Positions 1 to 17,522 of a DNA stretch of 64,000 nucleotides are shown here, piece after piece; the stretch's first letter is position 1, and the number at the start of each line of letters is the position of its first letter. Source of the stretch: the human T2T-CHM13v2.0 reference genome, Homo sapiens; NCBI RefSeq assembly GCF_009914755.1, contig NC_060948.1, one strand, 5' to 3'. The notes beneath the pieces were generated by a model. It saw only the letters and a list, made by a program, of their open reading frames with translations. It ran no database searches and was not told the origin of the DNA. Made by a program: the position numbers and the translations under genes.

Positions 1-762
1 GCCCAGACATGCCACAGTACCAGGCGTTGCCAGCTCACATTCCTTTCACTATTTAGAAACAAGACTAGCTGTCTAGCTCATTACAGACACCGTTTTTTTC
101 CCCTCTCTCCTTTATGTGCCCAACTTATTTAAAAAAAAAAAAAAAGTTCAGATGTTTAGCCAACCAGGATTAGTTTAGAGAGTATGACCCGACCCTGGCC
201 AATGGGGAAAGGGTACATACGGGGCAGGACTTGTCACACACATCTGTGTGAAAAGAACAATTAAACAGGCTTTGCGTGAGCAATAAAGCTGTTTTTTTCC
301 ACCTGGGTGCAGGCAGGCTGAGTCTGAAAAGGAGTTGGCAAAGAGAGTTATGGGTGGGGCAGTTTTATAGGATTTGGGTAGGTAGTGCAAAATTATAGTC
401 AAAGGGTGTTTGCTCTCTTGCAGGAAGGGGTGGGGGTCACAAGGTGCACAGTGGGGGAGCTCCTGAGCCAGGAGAAGGAATTTCACAAGATAATGTTATC
501 AGTTAAACAGGAACGGGCCATTTTCACTTCTTTTGTAATTCTTCAGTTGCTTCAGGTCATCTGGATGTATACGTGTAGGCTTAGACTCAGAGGCCTGACA
601 TGACTTGCATCAGGAATGATGTCTCTTGTGCCCCTTTATTCAGGTGTGCTCTCATGGCTACTGGCCAAGGAGAAGCACCCCTCTGTGCAGAAATAAAATG
701 GCTTTGCTAAGAATCCTTTGTTTGAGTGTCCAATTTCCTTAGGATTTTGAATATTATTCCCA
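1..762 (+). mobile_element. ERV1-class LTR (family not assigned), split by an LTR7 insertion
   Basis: LTR-like sequence (CCAAT at ~199, 'agaaataaaatggctttgct' poly(A) region) reads continuously 'ggggcaggact|tgcatcagg' once 232-605 is removed. Confidence 0.6.
232..600 (-). mobile_element. Solo HERV-H LTR (LTR7 family)
   Basis: Reverse complement begins TGTCAGGCCTCTGAG and carries AAAAGAAGTGAAAATGGCC and 'agctttattgctcac'; TG..CA ends; 5-bp TSD ggact/tgact. Confidence 0.85.
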
Positions 763-1019
763 TTAAAACCAATGTATGATCTCCACGTATTCATTTACAA
801 TGTTACCTGTGACTTCTGCATTCCTGAAATGTACTACTGCCTTTAAAAACCATTACTTGCAAGCCACCGGGAGGTTAGGTCTTCAGTGAGAACTGCCCAA
901 TTCTCTTTGCTTGGTGTCCTGCAAATATAAACACCCTCCTTTCCGCTGCTTCAAAACCTCAGTGTGAATGTTTGGCCTTACTGTGCCAGGCAAGGAACCC
1001 CTAGATGGGTCCAGTAACA
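763..1019 (+). mobile_element. 3' part of an older ERV1 LTR (MER34/MER39-like)
   Basis: 'cctttaaaaaccattacttgcaagcca...tgcaaatataaac...gtttggccttactgtgccaggcaag...agtaaca' is the typical MER4-group U3/R/U5 end. Confidence 0.55.
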
Positions 1020-2134
1020 CCACCAGCATTTTGTTGGAATCATAAAGACTGAGTAATCTTCAAGGTCAAGACTGCAGAGCCTCAGAGCTTGTCTGCTGCC
1101 GATTACAATTAAACCCTACTCACAATCCCTCCTTTCCCGTGCTTAAATCATGGAATGAGAGACATTTGAGACGCCAGGACAAAAATCTTGGAAATGCCAA
1201 ATACCTGTAGTTATCTACTTCTCATATGCTCTTTCCAAAACAGAAAGTGAAAAATTTTAAAGTGGTTGATATTCCCAGTAGATTCCAAGTTTATCATATC
1301 TGTCTGAAAATGTTAATCTCTGATTACCCTATCAAATGTGCCCATAAGTCTGCAGTATTTTATTTATTTATTTTTTAGGGCACTTTCCTTCATAATTCTT
1401 CTATTGTGTGAATAATTCTCCAAAAATAAAATGAAAGATGGAAAAATAAAACCTCAGTAAAATACAGGAAAGTAATTGTTTCTGTGATTCTCAATACATA
1501 TTAAACAGAAAAAAAAAAAGCAGTTGAGTTTTGAAGAAAACAGATGTTGAAGATATGTGACTTCATTAAGCCAGAGATCAAATTAATTGCTATGAAGGCA
1601 GTCCACTGAGGTAGCCAGGAAATTAGTGAAAGCAGGTTTTCAGTATTGAAAAAAAGGAAATGAAAATTATGACTTAGGCACAATTCTGTAAGTACGGTAT
1701 TTTAAAAATACATTATAAAATTTACAGTGTATATTTTCAGGTTTCATCAATGCATGTGTCAAGATGCTGGCATAATTTTATTGATCCTAAACATCAAACT
1801 ACTTTGGAAAAATATCAAAACCTGTAGAAAAATACATTAATTTAGAAAAATGAATTAGAAAAATGAATAAATTTTCCATCATGTCTCAGGGTTACAATAA
1901 TTTTATCTTCAAAGAAAAGCTATCATTACACCCTGAAATAATGGATGGATACCCAAGGCATATGATAGTTTGCCTCGTATGTCTTTCAGAAAATGAATAA
2001 AATTACTGAAAATTGTCCGGTTATATACAACTTAGAGTTATGTTGAAAAAGACAATAGTTTCTCCTTCATAGACTCAGTAGCAGAGGGATGTCATAGAAT
2101 TGTCAATAAAGTCATAAGGGTTCCCTTCTATAAG

Positions 2135-2823
2135 TGTAATGCCAAAGGGTCTTGTCTTAGCCATGCCAAAGGATTGGTGTGGCAGCAGCCTGTGGTGAGA
2201 GAGAGATACGGATAGGACTGAGAGAAAGAGGTTGTAGGCTTTATTAAGCAGAGTAACAGTACAAAGCTTCCACAGCATGGAAGGGCTCCCAAGCGGGTAG
2301 CCAGTGTTAGATTTTTCAATCACCTTTTAAACTCTTCAAGGCGCGAAATACGTGTGGACGGAAGATGTTACCAGAGCGAGAAACAAAGACAATTAACGTG
2401 TCTCAGATCTTGAAGAAAACCAGAACTGCCACTTGTTTTGTCTACTTTATGACCTTGCAGAGTCAAGGCAAAGGAGTCAGTATCTCACAGGATTTTACAA
2501 ATTGTGTTTCCAAATAATTGGAATTGGGAGAATAGATAACCTCTGCTTGTCACAGAAAAACAGGCTTTTAATATTCCTTTTAGTTTCAGGGGATGGGGAA
2601 GGGAGAGAGGACACAGGGAAGCTTACAACAACATTTTCACTGTTTCTAGCTTTCTTGGGGAAGAAAACACATGTACAAATTCTGATGTTAGGGATATTTT
2701 AAACATATATCTTCAATATTATTCATCCAGGACCAAAGTATGTCCTGATGCAGGAAATAAGTGAGTTTCACAGCTTTCTGAGCCCCTACTCTACCCAGGA
2801 AGACCAGATGGCACCTCCTCTCA
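2135..2823 (-). mobile_element. Solo ERV1 LTR, probably LTR30 (HERV9/HERV30 group)
   Basis: Reverse complement starts TGAGAGGAGGTGCCA; U5 resembles LTR12 ('acaaagcttccacagcatggaaggg'); exact 4-bp TSD taag at 2131-2134 and 2824-2827. Confidence 0.75.
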
Positions 2824-3219
2824 TAAGCATCAACTCCCCTTGAAAGTGGCACAGTTACATATACAAACAAGAATAATATTAATGCCAATTAATAGAGATA
2901 TTGAATGGAATTTTGCAAATAAAATACATAACCTAAATTGACAGCTTCCATAGGCCCTGGGGAATGACTTCAAAATACACTGCCTACTTGCTTTTCTCTT
3001 TTCTTTTCTGTTAACAGACTAAGTTGCAGTAAACACTCAGCCTTCTCTGTCTCACAGAACCACACCATCTAGTCCCATTCTGGAAAATGGGGGTAGAATA
3101 CTGGGAAGAGGGTACCTTGGAAATATGCCTCGGGTTTTTACTCTTCTCCTTCTCTTTCTCCTTGAAATTTACAATCTGTGGACAGTCAGTACCACTCAGA
3201 TGTTTGTGTATGTTTCTGT

Positions 3220-3825
3220 AGATGGATACGCCAGATAGATAAGATTGATAGAAGATAGACAGGTGAGATTGATAGATGATGGATAGATGGATAATAGAAG
3301 ATATATTTAAATAATAGATATAAAATATGGATAATTGATAATCGATGTATATAAGTTGGATGATAGATGGGTACCTAAATGGGAGAGATAGATGTTGGAT
3401 GGATGGATAGACAGTGGAAATGCTATTTCAATAATAGATATGACACGTAGATATTTGAAAAAAGTAATAGATATAGATGATGAATGCATACATGAAGAAA
3501 TGATAGAAAGTATGTTTAGATGCCAGCGATGAATATAGCTTATTGATAATAGATAATTGATAAATGGATAAATAGGATAGATAGGTAGTTTAGCTAGACA
3601 ATATAAAAGACACATAAATAATATATATATAATTTAGGATATTAATAAATATTTAGTAACAAGTGATGCTGGATTGAGGGACAGAGAGGTAACAGAAAAG
3701 ATACTTAAGTTTTATATAAAATATTGATTATTGATGATAGAGAATATTTGATGAACTAGAGGATGAACGATGGATGAACAGGAGATATGAATGAAAAGTT
3801 AGATGGATGGATAACAAGATAGGTG
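3220..3825. repeat. Degenerate (TAGA/TGGA)n simple repeat
   Basis: Repeated gata/taga/tgga tetramers. Confidence 0.8.
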
Positions 3826-3932
3826 GTAAATATTCACTTCTATAGCTCACTCTTTTTCTATGCAAACAAACATAGACGTACACACGTACACACTATGTAT
3901 GTGTATGTATGTGTATACCTCTCTATATGCAA

Positions 3933-4268
<336 letters not shown>

Positions 4269-5702
4269 AATATTTTTCTTGTTATGTTTTTGGTAAAATA
4301 CACTTGGGCCAAAAATTGTATGCAATTACAATATTTTCAGATTCCATTTCATTACTTGCTGTAACATTCTAGCATTGAATTTCCACCTATTTATTTAAAG
4401 ATGTTTTCCCTTGCATCACTGCTCTCTTTAAACCTTTTGAACCTTGCAAGACTGAGTGCAGTAGTAAAGTGGCCTGTTCTCAGTGTTTGGGCAGGTGTTT
4501 GAATGGATCTGCCTGATGCACAATGAAGAGGCACTGCATCTCACATGGTTTCCAAGAAGGCAGTGACTACCTGAGTCACTATAAACAGGAAGGGAAAAAA
4601 TACGTTTGTCCTGACAGATTCCTAGAGAATTCAGCATATCATTGCTCAGATTCAATTAAAGATAAAAATCTTTTTCCTCTTACAGGAACACACAGTCTCA
4701 GAATTTATATATATTTTTCCTATTTGCATTTATTGCTCATTTAGATTTATAATGTTTCTGTTTTGCTTTGTACTTGCCTCTCTTGGTTTTAAGTTTTACT
4801 GTGAGAGTAACCCTTCTCATTAACTCATCTATTTGCCCATTCTCTTTTTTATCTCTTCATACGTTTATGAAATTCCCATTCATTCTCTTCTTCCATGTTC
4901 AGCTTCAACACTTAATTTTATAAGAAATATTTTTGTTATTGGTTTTGAAATTATTTTCTCCTTGAGTCAATAACTTTTAGGCAAATCTTTTGTCAGAGTA
5001 CACCATCGAGAGATTTAATCAGTGGGGATAACCGAGGTGGTAGATTTTCAGAGAAGTTGGCTGTACTAAGTGTTTTCTTCACCTTCTAGAAAACCATTAA
5101 ACAGAATTCTATCCATTGAACAGAAATCCAGCCCTTGAATATTCACTACTGATTTTTATTTATGAAATTTTTAAAAATTAGGAAATAAAAATATAAAAAT
5201 AAATTTTAGTTTCAACTCTACCCACAATCAAAAATTAATTTCAAAATTTAATTTACATTCATCTGTGCATTGCTGCCTTTATATAGATGATGAATTAACA
5301 GAACTTAGTTAATTCTGTGCTTTAGTCATGGATTTTTATAGTGTTATTGTCTCTACCTCCCAACTGGCCCTCTTACCTGTTTTATTTTTAATTGACTTTT
5401 AAATGAAATAGCACATTTTATTTGAGGACAGAAATTGGTCCTAAGAATAACATTACTTGCCTGAATCTTTGGCATAGGTACAAGGGCCCTACCTGTGAAG
5501 AGAAAAATATATGGAGGTTCAAAGGTAAGAAGAATATTTTTCCTGATCCTATAAATGCCCATTTTTTTTCCAAATAAAGGTGTTTTATAGAGCAATGTAT
5601 TAACCTTCTTTATGTCTTCGGGTTGACATGCATAAGTGTGTTAATACTGACTATTAGGATATTTATAAACATTCAGTCATGGGGTATTTTGTACAGTGGT
5701 AG

Positions 5703-5970
<268 letters not shown>

Positions 5971-6074
5971 TGAAAAAATGCTTTTCATTCAACTTAATTC
6001 AATGAGATTTTATAGAGTCTAAACACCGTTCCTAAAACAACCTCCACCACAAAAAGATAAACCACTTCAGTGTA

Positions 6075-6290
6075 ATATAGAAAGATAGAAAGATATATAG
6101 ATAAGGTAAATAGATAGAATGCATAGGTATGGTAATGAGAAAGATAGGTAATACCTAAGAATGGATGATAGGTATAGTACATGATAGCTAGATAATTTGA
6201 TGACAGATATACATCATGATGATGATGGATAATATATAGAGACATATGGTAGATAAATATAGATATAGACAATAGATATACAGATATTGT
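6075..6290. repeat. Degenerate (TAGA)n repeat
   Basis: gata/taga periodicity; explains the 164-aa ORF at 5994-6488. Confidence 0.7.
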
Positions 6291-7955
6291 CTGTGTAATA
6301 ATTAAAACAGCACATACTAAATTTTCAAGATACAATACTAAACTAATGACAAACAAAAGTGACAATATGTGATTGTTTAAATAGAAAATCTCATAAGTAA
6401 CATTTAGCAGAATATTGATCAACTGTTTACCCACATACTCTGTCACTAGGCAAGTAACATAAGGGGTTCGTTGAAGTATAATTAACACGAACCAAACTGC
6501 ACTATTAAATGTTTTACTTAAAAAGAAATTATTTTACCAAATGTATTATGAATTAAATAATGAAAAAATAATAATTGTATATCCAATTTAAGTAAAAAAT
6601 ACAAGAATCAGGGAAACTTAAAGTGAGGGGAAACCTTGGGAATAATTTATTCTAACTCTGATACTTAGATAGCAATTATTTTTAACTTTGTTCTAACTTT
6701 ATGAGTTCATTGTAAGAGTTTACAATGCTGAACTGAGATGTCAAATTCAAGTAACCTAGAAAAGAATGTAATGGACTGATTTACTCCACACCTGTCTCAC
6801 TCATCACCACAGAAATGAAACTACAGATACACACACGTAAAAAAGTTGATTGCATAAAATGTAATATCATGATCTCTTGAAGTTGATTCCAGGAACACAT
6901 AATATTTTTCTTAGTGCTGGAATATTTTTATATATAATTTACACTCACTAATATATACACCATCATCTCAATATGTTCACTTATTTATAGATACAAATAA
7001 ATTCATAATATATTATAAACTTTCATGCACAGAGCTCTTAGAAAACTGGAATTCAAAGGTGCTTTCTTGATGAGGGACAGGACACTAAGAAAACCTATAG
7101 CAAACAATGTTTGTTGTATTTAAGATCAGGAAATGCAATAATGCTTTTTATCAGAGCCTCTCTTCTTTATTTTGCTGGATAGAAGAGGAAAGAAAGAACA
7201 GTTTTATGAATGGAAAAGGAGGAAAATGTCACTATTTATCAATCATATGATAATACATAGAGAAAATCTACACAAATATACTGTCAAACTCATATTGGTC
7301 AAATCAACATGAATATTTAATAGTGTTGTTAGATATAAAATCAGCTTTTAAAAATCAATTTTCTTATCTTCAATAGTAATAATCATTTAGAAAATGCAGA
7401 TTATCATATAATTTATAAAGACAACAAACAAAAATTTTACTTGACAAAATATAATTAGACTCAATAAATAATGATGACAATTGTCTCTTAATTAACCTAT
7501 GGAGTCAATAAAATTTAAATAAAATTCCCAAAAAGATGTTTTGTAGAAATCAATAAGCTAATCCAAAAATTTATATAGAGAGACAATTGCATGAGATACA
7601 CCAAGAAACCCTTTATGGAAATGATGAAGGTGGAAGATGTGTTCCACGAGATTCCATATGCCTTACTGTTAAATCTTAGAAGAGCATAATACTGATGCTA
7701 GGATAGGTTTACCTACCAACAAAAAAAAAGTGAGACCAAACACACATTTATGGAAACATAATTTATTCATGAATGAAGAAAGGTAAACATTTTAGTAAAG
7801 TATCTTGTACAAATTATAAAATTTAAATAAGTAATTACATTAAAAAATAATTACAGGTTTGCTTAGACCTTAAAGCCTGATATTAGAACTTTAAAACTTA
7901 GGAGCAATTAAAAACCTTAAAAATATCAAAGTGTTTGAAAATATCTTTATCATAC

Positions 7956-8366
7956 TGTAGTGGGATTGATAAGGAATCAGAAAGACTGATGGGGTTGAGG
8001 AGGATATTTATTTTTTAGGTGCACCAGTCCAGTCAGATTAACATGCAAAGGACTGAGCACTGAACAAAGAGGTAAGTTACATTTTAAGCATTTTGTGGGT
8101 TGGGGGTAGATCTGTGCAGGGACAAGCATATTACAGAAGTGAGAAACAAAGACAGTTATTCAATTAAGACACGCATTACATCATTTCTACTTTTCAAGGA
8201 AAAACATGTTTTATGACTTGAGTTTATCTGTCTAGTGACCTTGCAACTGCACAGCTGGAGAAACAGGATCTTCGCCATGCCTGGGAAAGTAGGAGAGATA
8301 AGGCTCACTAGTGACAGAAAAACAGGCAGTTAATTTATAAAGCGCTCCAGCTCTTTCTCTTTCTCG

Positions 8367-8398
<32 letters not shown>

Positions 8399-8453
8399 CA
8401 TATAACAGAGTTTCTGCTTACATATTCTTTAATTTCCTTTCATTCCTGCTCCA
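7956..8453 (-). mobile_element. Solo ERV1 LTR, probably LTR15
   Basis: TG..CA ends; reverse complement starts TGGAGCAGGAATGAAAGGAAATTAAAGAAT; exact 4-bp TSD atac at 7952-7955 and 8454-8457. Confidence 0.7.
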
Positions 8454-8483
8454 ATACTAGATGATTAAGTATATAAAAAACTG

Positions 8484-8785
8484 GGCCAGACATGGTGGCT
8501 CAGACCTGTAATCTCAACATTTTGGGAGGCCAAGGCAGATGGATCACCTGAGGCCAGGCATTAGAGACCAACCTGGCCAACATGGCAAAAACATATCTAC
8601 TAAAAATACAAATATTAGCTGGCTATGATGATGGGTGCCTGTAATCCCAGCAACTCAGGAGTCTGAGGCACGGGAATCACTTGAACCTAGGAGGCAGATG
8701 TTGCATTGAGCAGAGATTACAGCAACACACTCCAGCCTGGGCCACAGAGTGAAACTCTGTAATCTTAAACAAAGAAAAGGAATAT
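8484..8785 (+). mobile_element. Alu (AluS-like)
   Basis: 'ggccagacatggtggctca...' dimer with A-rich tail. Confidence 0.9.
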
Positions 8786-9949
8786 AAAAAACTATAACCA
8801 AGGTTAAAATTTTGATTAATTCAACTACATTAAAGTTAAAAATTTTGCCCATCCAATGTTAAAATTGAGTGATATGTGATGCATCTAATTTGGAGAATGT
8901 ATCTTCAATATATTTTACCAGAAAATATACCAATAACATATATACATGCATATACTATGCTATAATAATGGGAATTTTTCAAACAGGTGGTGTAGAAAAG
9001 TTATCATTTGGATTTTATAAAAATATAAAACCATAAAGTTTGTTCATAAAAAATTATAAATTTCACTAACAACGAGGCATCATTTCTTACCATATAGTTG
9101 GCTGAAACACTGTGATGTTGAGGCTTAGATCAGTTTGAACTTTCTCTCATATCTACTTGGATTATAAATTGTTACCGTGCTTTCAGAATACAGTTTGCTG
9201 TCACTCTACAATGTCTGTTCTAAAAATGAACCATAAGTGTAGAACTCTACTTGAATGCATATGTAACAGATACTCAGGAACTCCTTACACCATGAAATGC
9301 ATATAGGGGTATTTCTAACAACGTCTTTTGACGGAGCTAGAAAATATAATATTCATCACGATCAACTGAAGTTCATTTCAGGAATGCACAACATTTTTCC
9401 TAGTGCTTGAATATTTTTAAAATATAATTCAAACATGTTAATATATCAACTATAATCTAAATAGATTCACTTATCAATAGATGCCAAAATATCAATAAAA
9501 TATTACAAACATACATGCACAGAACTCTCATAAAAGTGAAATTCAAAGGAGCTTCAGAATGCTGAAAAAAACTCAAAATGCACACATACTTATCAAAAAG
9601 AAGATGGATAATCAATTTGTGTTAAATCAGTTACTCAGAAATATTATACAGCAATGAAGATCACTAGACTTCATGATTATGAATCACCCTGCGTGAATCT
9701 CTGAAAAATACCGTGTTCAAGGAAAGAACCTAAGGAAGACACTATAAACAGTATGATTCTCTTACATAACATTCAAATTCAAGCAAAACTTAAGAATGTA
9801 TTCTCTAACAATAGAGTAGTGCTAGAAAAGTTAGCAGGACATTCAGTATAGTTGTCTCCTTTGATGAGGAAGGAAAATATTGATTGAAAACAGAAATTAG
9901 GCAGCATTCATTTACATTTCCATTCCATACCTCAGTGTCTCTTCCACAG

Positions 9950-10880
9950 GTGTGTGGCCTCAAGCAATCCCCAGGGTCCTGGGGTTCAGAGCGCCCCATG
10001 CTAGGTTTAGAGTTCTGCTACTGCTGTCTTGAAATTCTGAAGAATTAATCTTTGCACTTTCCTTTCATATGTGGAATGCAATGAAAGAAGAGGAATGCAT
10101 GCACATGGTTAGAGGAGATATGCACCATATGCACTTCTGCCACTGTTCTTTCCTACCCAATTGCATACAGTGTTCATGAACCCTCTTGGGCACAGAATTC
10201 TGCTGGACTGGCAATAAGGGAAAATTCAGTAAGATTCACAAAGTGAGGTTATTACTTCTATGACAAAGTGAGTGCTCTTGCATCCCAGAGAGGTCATGCT
10301 TTGAGTACAAATTAGAACCTACTTTAAATATAGATAAGTGGCAATGAAATTCTAAAAAATCCCAGAACAAACAAGAACTCTATCCTATCTCTTATTCTTC
10401 TTGCTGTGTCAGGCAACCACTTATGTGGAAAATGATGTTATAGAGGAGATGGGGATGAGAGGACAACCTGTGGTTCCTGTTAGTTACATGCCTTCCTTAT
10501 CATCAGTGAGCTGAAGGTACAGTGTTGCTAGAATATGTCAATATCAGGAAGTAAAATAAAATCAGCTGAGTTCATTTTGTGTAGCACACTTCCCCTGTTC
10601 TGGTAAGAATGCAGTAGATACTTATGCATATGCTACAAAATAACAGCTTGTGTAATTTCAGTGATTCTGAATACATGTTAACTGCTCAGATACTGGAGTT
10701 CAAAATTGGCATTACACAATATAAAGGTAAAAATGGAAAACCATGCCAGTGACTAAATATTTTATTTTTTCCTTACTTAGAACAACATCAAATATAAATT
10801 TATTTTGTAAAGACATGACAAGTTGAGAAAGATTAGAAAAAAAGGGGGAGACAGCTTTATATTTTAGTACTGTTAATAGT
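9950..10880. mobile_element. MER45-like hAT-Tip100 DNA transposon fossil
   Basis: 'gccccatgctaggtttagagttctgctactgctgtcttgaaattct' matches the MER45 terminus; extent approximate. Confidence 0.5.
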
Positions 10881-10894
10881 TCTATGAAATTGGC

Positions 10895-11110
10895 CTACTT
10901 TTAATAAAAAGAGTCAAATAGTAAACATTTTCATCTCTGTGAGATACATAATCTCTGTTGTAGTAACTGAGCTCTTCTATCATACCACAAAAGCAGGCAC
11001 AGACAATATACAAATGAATGGGCATGGCTGTTTTCCAGTAAAACTTTATTTACAGAAACAAGTAGTGGGCTGGATTTGACCCACGGAACGTAATTAGTCC
11101 GTGGATGTCC
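10895..11110 (+). mobile_element. MER58A (hAT-Charlie)
   Basis: 'aaatagtaaacatttt...gcaggcacagacaatatacaaatgaatgggcatggctg...aaaactttatttaca...gggctggatttgaccc'. Confidence 0.8.
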
Positions 11111-12628
11111 TAAGGTACGAAGTCCACTGTAAGACTTCTTAGCAATTCAAACAACATCAGGGGAAACTCTCCTAAAACCTTATAAATTTTTAAACATTTC
11201 TGAGTTTCAGGCTAATGAGTCATTTGCATGATGCTGGGCAGTAATTGTAGATACATTTACAGCAACATTTTCAGTGTTTCAGAGTTACAGATGAAGGGAT
11301 TGACTCAGGTAGTTCCACTATGGATCATTGAGTCTATTTTCATGCTGCTCTTTTGGCAAAGTATAGGAATAATGCCAGCAGTCTAGTGATATAGAATGTC
11401 TGTTTCTTGAAGCTATGGGTTATAACTTTCTGAGAATTGTTTCTCTAAAAAAAAAAAAAAAAAAAAAAAAAAACTTGAGAGAGTCACGTGCAGCTATGGC
11501 CAGTGGTATGAATGTTTCATGCTCTCCAACTGCAGAATCTAGATACTTTCTGCTTCTATGTTAGTTATATAGAAAAACTGCAGCATGGTAGGACAATTGA
11601 ATACAGAGATCAAGATTCAGGATAGTAAATCTCTATGCCTTGTGAAGAGTTTTGCTTTTGCTAAAGGGAAGAGTAAATCATATGGGTGTGTAAAACTCAC
11701 CACTGGAATCACCTTTTTTTTTTTTTTTTTCAGGAGTTCAGAACTGATGAAAGGGTCAAAACATAGATGATGTTTTGATCTTCCACAGGATTACCCAACA
11801 TTTCTTCTGACAGTATTTGTCAGCTATTTCTTCCTCGGGTGCCCAGAGAAAGTCTTGAGTTTAGCCAAAATTTCTCTATAATATCTTTGTTGTTGCCCCA
11901 TGGGTTTTAGGAAGCAGTATCCATCTTGTGCCAAGAAAGGCTAATCAAGGCAACTTCCTGAAGTATAAGCTGAGATGAGGGGTGGAAGAGGATTAATGCA
12001 GGACTGTTACAGAAATAAAGAAAAAATCTGCAGCAGAGCAACAACTCCAACCCTTGCTGCAATGTTTCATTCAGACACTGAAATTTCCAAGGTGCCCAGA
12101 AATCAACATTTAATATACTGTGGGATGCATAGAGGAAGCTGTCCATATGTTTCTTCTTTTTGAAGTTTTAGGCATTTTTTTTTTTCAGTTCAAAGGTTCT
12201 TTTAACCTTAATAAGTTCAATTAAACAAAAATACACTTAAGTACTACTAATAACATGACTTGGCAAATTGTGAAATGTAAATTTAAAATGTAACAACAAA
12301 CACACGTGTATGTTAATTTGATATCCATTTATAAATTTACATACAAGCTTGTATATACATTAATATACATAAAGTTAAAATATATTATGTATATGTAAAT
12401 ATATATACTTTTTAAATTTTATTATTATTATACTTTAAGTTTTAGGGCACATGTGCACAATGTGCAGGTTTGTTACATATGTATACATGTGCCATGCTGG
12501 TGTGCGGCACCCATTAACTTGTCATTTAGCATTAGGTATCTCCTATTGCTATCCCTCCCCCCTCCCCCCACCCCACAACAGTCCCCGAGTGTGATGTTCC
12601 CCTTCCTATGTCCATGTGTTCTCATTGT

Positions 12629-16457
<3,829 letters not shown>

Positions 16458-16520
16458 TATGATGTTAGCTGGTTATTTTGCTCATTAGTTGATGCAGTTT
16501 CTTCCTGGCCTCGATGGTCT

Positions 16521-17522
16521 TTACAATTTGGCATGATTTTGCAGTGGCTGTTACCGGTTGTTCCTTTCCATGTTTAGCGCTTCCCTCAGGAGGTCTTTTA
16601 AGGCAAGCCTGGTGGTGACAAAATCTCTCAGCATTTGCTTGTCTGTAAAGTATTTTATTTCTCCTTCACTTATGAAGCCTAGTTTGGCTGGATATGAAAT
16701 TCTGGGTTTAAGAATGTTCAATATTGGCCCCCACTCTCTTCTGGCTTGTAGAGTTTGGGCTGAGAGATCCGCTGTTAGTTTGATGGGCTTCCATTTGTGG
16801 GTAACCCGACCTTTCTCTCTGGCTGCCCTGAGCAATTTTTCCTTCATTTCACCTTTGATGAATCTGACAATTATGTGTCTTGGAGTTGCTCTTCTCTAGG
16901 AGTATCTTTGTGGAGTTCTCTGTATTTCCTGAATCTGAATGTTGGCCTGCCTTGCTAGATTGGGTAAGTTCTCCTGGATAATATCTTGCAGAGTGTTTTC
17001 CAACTTGGTTCCATTCCCCCCCGTCACTTTCAGGTATACCAATCAGATGTAGATTTGGTCTTTTCACATAGTCCCATATTTCTTGAAGGCTTTGTTCGTT
17101 TCTTTGTATTCTTTTTTCTCTAAACTTCCCTTCTCGCTTCATTTCATTCATTTCATCTTCCATCGCTGATATCCTTTCTTCCAGATAATCGCATCAGCTC
17201 CTGAGGCTTCTGCATTCTTCACATAGTTCTCGAGCCTTGCCTTTCAGCTCCATCAGCTCCTTTAAGGACTTCTCTGCATTGATTATTCTGGTTATCCATT
17301 CATCTAATTTTTTTTCAAAGTTTTTAACTTCTTTGCCATTGGTTTAAATTTCTCCTGTAGCTCGGAGTAGTTTGATCATCTGAAGCCTTCTTTTCTCAAC
17401 TCATCAAAGTCATTCTCCGTCCAGCTTTTTTCCATTGCTGGTGAGGAGCTGCATTCCTTTGGAGGAGGAGAAGCACTCTGCTTTTTAGAGTTTCCAGTTT
17501 TTCTGCTCTGTTTTTTCCCCAT
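16521..17522 (-). pseudogene. L1 ORF1p, disrupted
   Basis: ATGGGGAAAAAACAG start at 17522; fragments 'RNEQSLQEIWDYVKRPNL' and 'LRDFVTTRLAL' in different frames. Confidence 0.9.

Larger units (their letters stand above)
6850..9900 (+). mobile_element. Ancient L1M fragments (ORF2 and 3' region) interrupted by an LTR and an Alu
   Basis: A-rich decayed ORF2-like motifs ('aaacctatagcaaaca', 'aaaattccc...ttttgtagaaatcaataagctaatccaaaaatttata'). Confidence 0.6.

Noticed and set aside
2260-2300. Similarity to 54990-55035 and 61295-61340
   Set aside because: Family-level homology between LTR30-like and LTR12 U5 regions, not a local duplication.
4562-4580. agtgact-acctg-agtcact mini-hairpin with an AP-1 site
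   Set aside because: A 7-bp stem is expected by chance in 64 kb.
5994-6488. 164-aa hydrophobic ORF
   Set aside because: Arises from a TAGA/ATCT low-complexity tract.
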